A stretch of DNA of 64,000 nt. It comes from Strigamia acuminata. Taxonomy: Eukaryota. Both the position numbers and the translations under genes were made by a program. Every line of letters starts with the position of its first letter. Position 1 is the stretch's first letter. Below are positions 57,740 to 64,000 of the stretch, piece after piece. Location: positions 248,001 through 312,000 of the forward strand of contig OX442314.1 of assembly GCA_949358305.1 (NCBI GenBank), written 5' to 3'. The notes below the pieces were generated by a model. The model searched no databases. It saw only the letters and a program-made list of their open reading frames with translations, and was not told where the DNA came from.

Positions 57740-60005
57740 GACGCTAAACAATAATCTATCACGTAATTTCGTCTCGATCAGCACAAGGCGAGATGTACAG
57801 CAAGTTTTTGCTGTTCGACATGCTGTGTTCGTTCGTTTTTCACGCAATTTAACTCGGGTTTTATTTCAAAAAGGTTGGTTGGTTTCATGGTTTTATGGAG
57901 TTTACATTTTTGCAAATTTGTCAGCAAGTTTGAATTCGTATTTCTAAATGATCCATTTATTTTCTTACATATGTTCTTTTGATATTGTTTGGCGCCATTT
58001 TAAGCCTACTATAGGCCTAGTTCGAATTGTATTTTCTTCTGTATTTCTTCAGTTCTGTGGCGATTGAGTATTTATTTGTCAAGAATATTATTTGATGCAT
58101 CTTTTGGAGCCTTTTGGTAGTTTTTTGGTGGTTTTTGATGGTTGGTTTTGGTCGCTTTTCAAAGTTTGGTTTTAATTTTCGTGATTGGTAATGGCATTTG
58201 CCTTTTTTCATGACATGAGGTGTTCAGTTTGGGATATGATTTCTGAAGCCTGGTTTTTATTTTCAAAGGAATGGTCAAGATTCTTGCTCTATTAATTGTA
58301 ATCAATCTCAAATGCTCTTGGTTGGACTTCTCTGACTGTGGGAAATTTTTCTGGATGACCCATGGAGTGGTTCTTTGTCTTTTCATCTTCAAGGTGTTTC
58401 TGAATTTAAGACAAATCAATTTGACCCAAAACATCCAGTCGTTCTAGGTTAATTCTCTTTTTTTATTCTTCTTTAAGAAAAATGTCACGTTGCTGATGTA
58501 AAGCATCAAAAAACATTATCGGAAACCCATTGGGTCATTTTGACCAGTCTAGCTGTTCTAGTGTTAAACTAAAATATTTGTAAACCTTTGAGAAGCTTTC
58601 TTGTTTGATAGAGGGCAATGATCAGTTGGTCACTCCTGGATAAACTGATGACTTGACTTGTGTAATTGGAACTGGAAGAGAGCTCTGGTTGTGCAACACA
58701 TCCATGCCAAATTACAACCCCAAACAAAGGGAATTTGCATGTTGATTTGAACCCACATTTCCGCACTTGTTTTCTTTCATGCACTGTTTTCTTTTATGTG
58801 CTGCCAATGGACAGCTACTTATGGTGTGTTTGCTCATTGTGCAAAACTGTTCGCAATTATGTCTGGAATGGTGGCCTAAAAGTGGTAACTTGCATTATGG
58901 TATCATCAATTAATTTCGCTGGACTTGATATAACTTTCTTTTAAAATGCAACTATTGCCAAGCAAATAACAGCTAGAAATTTAAATTAAAAGAGCTCTGG
59001 TTGGCATAATGCTGGTATTGTAAGACTGCACAGTGTGTAGCTTTTACCAATATGTCATGAATTTTTCTTTATCATCAATTTCTCCGTTGATTTGATAGTA
59101 CATCCAGTTGTTTCTGCTAGATGCTCTGATTGCTCTCATCCTCCTCTCGCTTAAGTAATGAGGAGTTTGATGATCCTTATTTGCCAAATTTGCCAAATCT
59201 GAAACCTAACCGTCTTATTTCCTTTCTTATCATTTTCTTTAAGGTTCTTGCTCTAATTGGAATCAACGTTTGCTGGTTTATGATGTAAAGCATCAAAAAC
59301 ACTATTAGAAACCATTAGGTTTATTGCTACAGCTGTAAACCTTTGAGAAGCTTTCACTTTTTTCAAAATGACTTTCTCCCAGAGCTGCAAAAATCCTCAA
59401 AAGATTAACACAAAACACATGCAAAATTTTTTTTTTTGCTATTGGAAAACAACAATATGGTGGAAAGTTGTTTTCGTTTCTTGTGTGTCGAGTTTGGTTA
59501 ATATCCAACTTTTTATTGTCTGTTATTGGAATCATTTTATCTCTTTCTCTTAACTATTTTCACAATTTCTCCTGATTGCTTGTGTTGGGTTGCCATTGAA
59601 TAGCTAGAATCTTTACCAACTGCAATCAAGTTAAATTATTTCTTAATTTCAACTTCTCCATATTGTTTGTGATAATTTCAGCCAATGGCAGTGTTTTATG
59701 AAGTTAAAAGTCTCTATGACTTTGTTTATGGACCTGTGTCTGTACCAATTATAAAATCTTTTAATGGTAAAAGCAATGAACAAAAAAAAACATTCTTTCA
59801 ACAATTTTCATTCCTTTAAAACTTCTTGGGCGAACCTTCCAACTGTCTTTCTGTTTGTATTTATATTTCTTGGTCAATATTAATAACTTGTTGCCAATGC
59901 TGGACTGGCCCGGTGGGATATCCGCGGCTTGATATAAATTTGTTCCCTTGGCCCGACCTATCCAGATTTCCAGGTACTAAATTTCTTCCCAGTCCAGCAC
60001 TGCTC
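57740..60005 (-). mobile_element. Degenerate BEL/Pao-like relic (copy B), a direct duplicate of ~44000-45750
   Basis: Long colinear similarity to 44450-45750; the ORFs MELEESSGCATHPCQ... appear twice in the track. Confidence 0.5.
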
Positions 60006-60340
60006 AGTTGATAAAAACCGGAATCGGCGCTTGCGCATACGCTTGGTGTTGTCGCTGTAAAGCTGCGAACGGCGCCGGCGTTTTCGGTTGAGTCTCATCT
60101 TTAGAAAATTGAGAACACCTGACAAGCGAGTTGAAGTGTTTATAGTCTTTGATAGATTTGCGACATTCGTAACAGAAACGGTGGCCGCACGGACACGTCA
60201 TCACATTGCAACCTGAATCTTTTATGATGCGCCACTGGTGGAGAATCGTGGTCAGAATTGAGCTCGACAGTGGCTGGTTGCGGCGGTCTCTGACGAACAA
60301 TTCTTCCACCCGTGATAAAAACGAATCGCGTTTCATCAAA
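60006..60340 (-). pseudogene. RNF216-like RBR RING2 and C-terminal fragment (copy 4)
   Basis: IIKDSGCNVMTCPCGHRFCYECRKSIKDYKHF matches the RBR RING2 pattern, including the catalytic GCN motif. Confidence 0.65.
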
Positions 60341-60364
60341 TGGCGGTTTTTTTTTTATGAAACG

Positions 60365-63300
60365 TGTTAGAGTTATTTCGGTTTTACAATGAGTTGTTGT
60401 AATGAATGATTGCATTGTATGCAATCATGAATGAATTGTAAGAACAACAATAAATTGATGAGTGATTGTTATGATGTTATGAATGAAAAGATGTACGAGT
60501 GAATTCTTTCTCCAAATTATAAAACTGTCCCAACATGGGTTATGGGCCCCAGTTACGTGATGAAAACTGCCTGGATAACAAGAAAGGTGCAAGAATTGAA
60601 TTGCCATTAAATCAAGTGATATTTTCGTGAGTTTTGAAATCTAAAAGACGAGTTGCAACGTTCGGAAATGGCGGCCAAGTCTGATGTGCAGTCGGTTACG
60701 TACGTCGAGAAGTTGAATGGCAAGAACTATCCGTCGTGGGAGTACCGCGTGAGGACATTGCTTAGAGCAAAGGATGTCTGGACGGTCATTAAAGATGACC
60801 AACCAATTAAAACGTTGGGCGAAAGCGACGTGGATTTCAAAACAAGGCAAGACAAGTGGAATACAAACGATATCGAGGCGTTGAATTTGATTCTCCAAAC
60901 GATTGATTCGGCACAGCTGAGACATGTTTTAAATAAAGACACAGCCAAAGAGGCCTGGACAGCACTGAAGACTGAAAACCAAGGCGATTTGGCAGAGCTG
61001 AAAGTCCAGAAAAGGGTCGAATTGGGACACATGATGATGAAGCAAGGTGAAACCATTGCAACATATTTGGACAAGATGGTCTCAATTCGGGAGGAATTAA
61101 GCTCAATTGGTGTAATAATTGAGGAACATGAACTGTGCGCACACATCTTACGTGGGTTGAGTGCTGAATATGCAAACGTGATGACAAGCTGTGATGTGGC
61201 CGGGACGAGCACATTGAAGTTACTCACGCTACGCCGTGCACTGTTGGCTGCCGAGATGCGGAAAAATAGCATCGAAACGACTGTAGACACGCGGATTGAA
61301 AGCGCCACATGGACAAGAGGAGCCAATAGGGGCAATGGACGGCGTCCTATGGCAGCTGCGAGCGGGAGTCGGGGATCCGGCGGTAGGGGTGGACCAAAGT
61401 GCTGGAATTGCGGACGAATTGGCCACCGGTATGCTGAATGCCGACAACCAGTGGATCCTGCCGCTGCAGCCGATTTTCGCGGACGTGGACGTGGCCGAGT
61501 ACGCGGTTTTAATCGAGGTTTCGGACGTGCGCGCAATCAAGGTGCAAATTTTGCCACACAAGAGTCCAATGCAGTTAGTAGGGAACTGACTGACCTCGAT
61601 TACGTGGTCGATTATGCGATGTCGACAAATAAATACAATTTTGGGGTTACAAACCCGGACTGGAATTCGAATATTTGGTTCATGGATTCGGGAGCCTCAT
61701 CTCATATGGCAAACAATGCTGAGTGCTTCAATTATCTGAACATGAACCGGGGTAAAGATATTTTTTTAGCGGACGGACGCAAGGTGCATTCAACTGGGCA
61801 TGGATCAGTATTGTTGACCACATTGCTGGGCAACCAGAAGAGGTTGATACGTTTGGACAACGTAAATTTAGTACCTTCTTTAAAGACTAACCTGTTATCA
61901 GTTGGGAGAATAATTGATCTAGGATTTCAAGTGTGTTTTGGCGATGGAATTTGCGAAGTTAAAACCTCAGATGGGATTAAAGTGTTTCAGGCACAAAAAG
62001 TTAATGGTTTATTTCAAGTCAACAGCGTCTCGAATGAAATGAGTGGACCACAGAGGATGAACATAGGAATATCATCATTGGCCCACCCTGATCAATTGCA
62101 GAGGTCTTCTGGGCGTTTATCAATGGTCACTTGGCATAGACGGATGGCTCATTTGGGCTACCGCTCCTTAAAAGAACTTTGGAGTAGAGATATGGTAAAG
62201 GGGATGCATTTGAAGGATGCCAAGATACCCGAAATATGCGATAAATGCGCATTAGCTAAGAAGATCAGGGCTCCTTTTAAACCCACAAACAATATTACTG
62301 CAACTAAACCATTTGAGATGCTGCACGTTGACTTGTGCGGACCCTTTTGTACTGCATCAACATTAGGGAGCAGATATATATTTACGATTGTTGATGACTT
62401 TTCAAGAGCGATTTTCACGAGATTTCTGAAGGAGAAATCACAAACTGTAGGTGAATTTGAAAATTTTTTGAAAATGTTTGAAAATAAGTTTGACGGCAAA
62501 CTCAAGCGGTTGCGGAGCGACAACGGCACTGAGTTCTTAAATGAGAGATTTAAAACTTTATTGGCAAAACGCAGAGTCCACCATCAGTTAACCGTTCCAT
62601 GGACCCCCCAACAAAATGGCGTCGCGGAAAGAGCCAACCGGAAGTTGCTGGACGCGGCGAGGACTCTTTTGTTGGACTCGGGATTACCGACGCATTTCTG
62701 GCAAGACGCAGTTGAAACGGCAGGTTATGCGTGCAATAGATCTAAAATGCGGAGATTTGACGTCGAGACACCAATCGAACGGTTGACAGGGCATAAGCCA
62801 GATGTAAGCAATATGAGGATCTTCGGATGCGTGGCTTACACGTGGATACCCAAACAAAACCGTTATAAGTTGGAACCAACAGCCCGAAAAGCCATTTTCT
62901 TGGGATATCCGTTCCAAGTAGCAGGTTGGAAGTTTTATGATCCAGTTAAGGAGAAATATTTTGTTGCGAGGGACGTCAAATTTAATGAGGAACTGAGGGG
63001 ATCGACGTTGCTCACAACAATTGACCAGCCGCAATTGCAGGTTGATCAAAATTTGGATCAAGAGACACTACATGGGACAAGGCAAGTTCCAGTAGTTTAT
63101 GACGAGGTTCCGACCCAACCAGAGTATAGAATGCCAGCGAGGACGGGTCAAATCGGACCGGAGCGACGTTATCCATTAAGGGCGAGAAGGCCCCCGGACC
63201 GATATGTTCCGTATGACCCGGGGCAAAGATTAAGACAAAGACGAGGTGTACAGACAAGCCCGGATCCAGATGTTTCAAATTTAATAAATGAAGCAAAAAT

Positions 63301-64000
63301 TGCTGATGAGAAAGGCATTTTGATACCAAAGACTTATAAGCAAGCCATTGAGTCAGACCAATCAACCCAGTGGCAACGGGCCATGGAGAGGGAGATTCAA
63401 TCTCATGCACAACAACACACCTGGGAGGTCGTGGACCGACCCAAGGACGCCAAAGTGGTCGGATCACGTTGGATTTATTCAGTGAAAACCAACCAACAAG
63501 GACAAGTAACACGCTATAAAGCGCGTTTGGTGGCCCAGGGTTATAACATTTATAAGGGTGTTGATTATGATGAGTTTTTCTCCCCAGTGGTCAGACTTGC
63601 AACAATACGACTTTTGATGGCATTGGCGGTGATGTATCATTTTCGGGTCAAGCATCATGACGTCGAGACTGCTTACCTTCATGCCAAGCTGGGCCAGACT
63701 GTTTATATGGAGTTACCAAAAGGAATGGAAGTTCTTGGTGACAAGGTTTGCCTATTGCAAAAGGCAATATATGGGTTGCCACAGGCAGGCCGTGCCTGGC
63801 ATAAGACATTGGAAGCAGAACTCCTGAAAGTTGGTTTCTTTAAGCATCCCACTGAACAATGCGTTTATATTTACAGACATGGAAAGTCAACCATAATTAT
63901 GGCAACATATGTGGACGATTTATTGACCTTGGATAACAATAGTGAACTATTGGATCAATTAATGGCCAGAATACGACGTCGCATCAAGGTGATAGATTTG
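60365..64000 (+). mobile_element. Ty1/Copia LTR retrotransposon (5' part, truncated by window)
   Basis: Candidate LTR TGTTAG...CCAACA (60365-60535) followed by the copia-type PBS GGTTATGGGCCC. Confidence 0.92.
60668..64000 (+). CDS. Copia polyprotein (gag-PR-IN-RT), open to the window end
   Basis: KLNGKNYPSW, CWNCGRIGHRYAEC, WFMDSGASSHM, WHRRMAH, LHVDLCGP, RSDNGTEF, QNGVAERANR, YKARLVAQGY, IYGLPQAGRAW and YVDD, in Copia domain order. Confidence 0.92.
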   Translation, partial: MAAKSDVQSVTYVEKLNGKNYPSWEYRVRTLLRAKDVWTVIKDDQPIKTLGESDVDFKTRQDKWNTNDIEALNLILQTIDSAQLRHVLNKDTAKEAWTALKTENQGDLAELKVQKRVELGHMMMKQGETIATYLDKMVSIREELSSIGVIIEEHELCAHILRGLSAEYANVMTSCDVAGTSTLKLLTLRRALLAAEMRKNSIETTVDTRIESATWTRGANRGNGRRPMAAASGSRGSGGRGGPKCWNCGRIGHRYAECRQPVDPAAAADFRGRGRGRVRGFNRGFGRARNQGANFATQESNAVSRELTDLDYVVDYAMSTNKYNFGVTNPDWNSNIWFMDSGASSHMANNAECFNYLNMNRGKDIFLADGRKVHSTGHGSVLLTTLLGNQKRLIRLDNVNLVPSLKTNLLSVGRIIDLGFQVCFGDGICEVKTSDGIKVFQAQKVNGLFQVNSVSNEMSGPQRMNIGISSLAHPDQLQRSSGRLSMVTWHRRMAHLGYRSLKELWSRDMVKGMHLKDAKIPEICDKCALAKKIRAPFKPTNNITATKPFEMLHVDLCGPFCTASTLGSRYIFTIVDDFSRAIFTRFLKEKSQTVGEFENFLKMFENKFDGKLKRLRSDNGTEFLNERFKTLLAKRRVHHQLTVPWTPQQNGVAERANRKLLDAARTLLLDSGLPTHFWQDAVETAGYACNRSKMRRFDVETPIERLTGHKPDVSNMRIFGCVAYTWIPKQNRYKLEPTARKAIFLGYPFQVAGWKFYDPVKEKYFVARDVKFNEELRGSTLLTTIDQPQLQVDQNLDQETLHGTRQVPVVYDEVPTQPEYRMPARTGQIGPERRYPLRARRPPDRYVPYDPGQRLRQRRGVQTSPDPDVSNLINEAKIADEKGILIPKTYKQAIESDQSTQWQRAMEREIQSHAQQHTWEVVDRPKDAKVVGSRWIYSVKTNQQGQVTRYKARLVAQGYNIYKGVDYDEFFSPVVRLATIRLLMALAVMYHFRVKHHDVETAYLHAKLGQTVYMELPKGMEVLGDKVCLLQKAIYGLPQAGRAWHKTLEAELLKVGFFKHPTEQCVYIYRHGKSTIIMATYVDDLLTLDNNSELLDQLMARIRRRIKVIDL

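Noticed and set aside
60727..61536. 269-aa minus-strand ORF with an RP-rich start
   Set aside because: Antisense shadow of Copia gag.

Overview
This is eukaryotic (animal) DNA: AT-rich, gene-dense and with many 55-70 nt GT-AG introns. It is probably a non-insect invertebrate such as an arthropod, but the taxon cannot be fixed from the sequence. Bases ~350-40,350 hold twelve intact spliced genes: TARBP1(-), GMF(+), cornichon CNIH1/2/3-type(-), WDR26(+), SLC25A29-like(+), YY1(-), DEGS(+), kanadaptin/SLC4A1AP(-), FCF1(+), striatin(-), CNIH4(-) and a selenoprotein W-like gene(+). The ORF track shows the last two only as unrecognisable fragments. Bases ~40,900-64,000 are a mosaic of scrambled RNF216-like RBR-ligase fragments, a duplicated BEL/Pao relic, a Helentron-like insertion, a young full-length Gypsy element, an inverted partial TARBP1 copy and an apparently intact Copia element that runs off the window. 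Main highlights: (1) a SelW-like selenoprotein with an in-frame UGA in a CxxU motif, a clear SECIS hairpin and a ~195-aa C-terminal extension; (2) a CUG-initiated, NLS-bearing N-terminal extension of WDR26; (3) a YY1-site cluster in YY1's own first intron; (4) a U12-type intron in CNIH4; (5) gene neighbourhoods that mirror human 14q32, 1q42 and 14q22. All gene identities and human comparisons come from my recall of these families, not from database searches.
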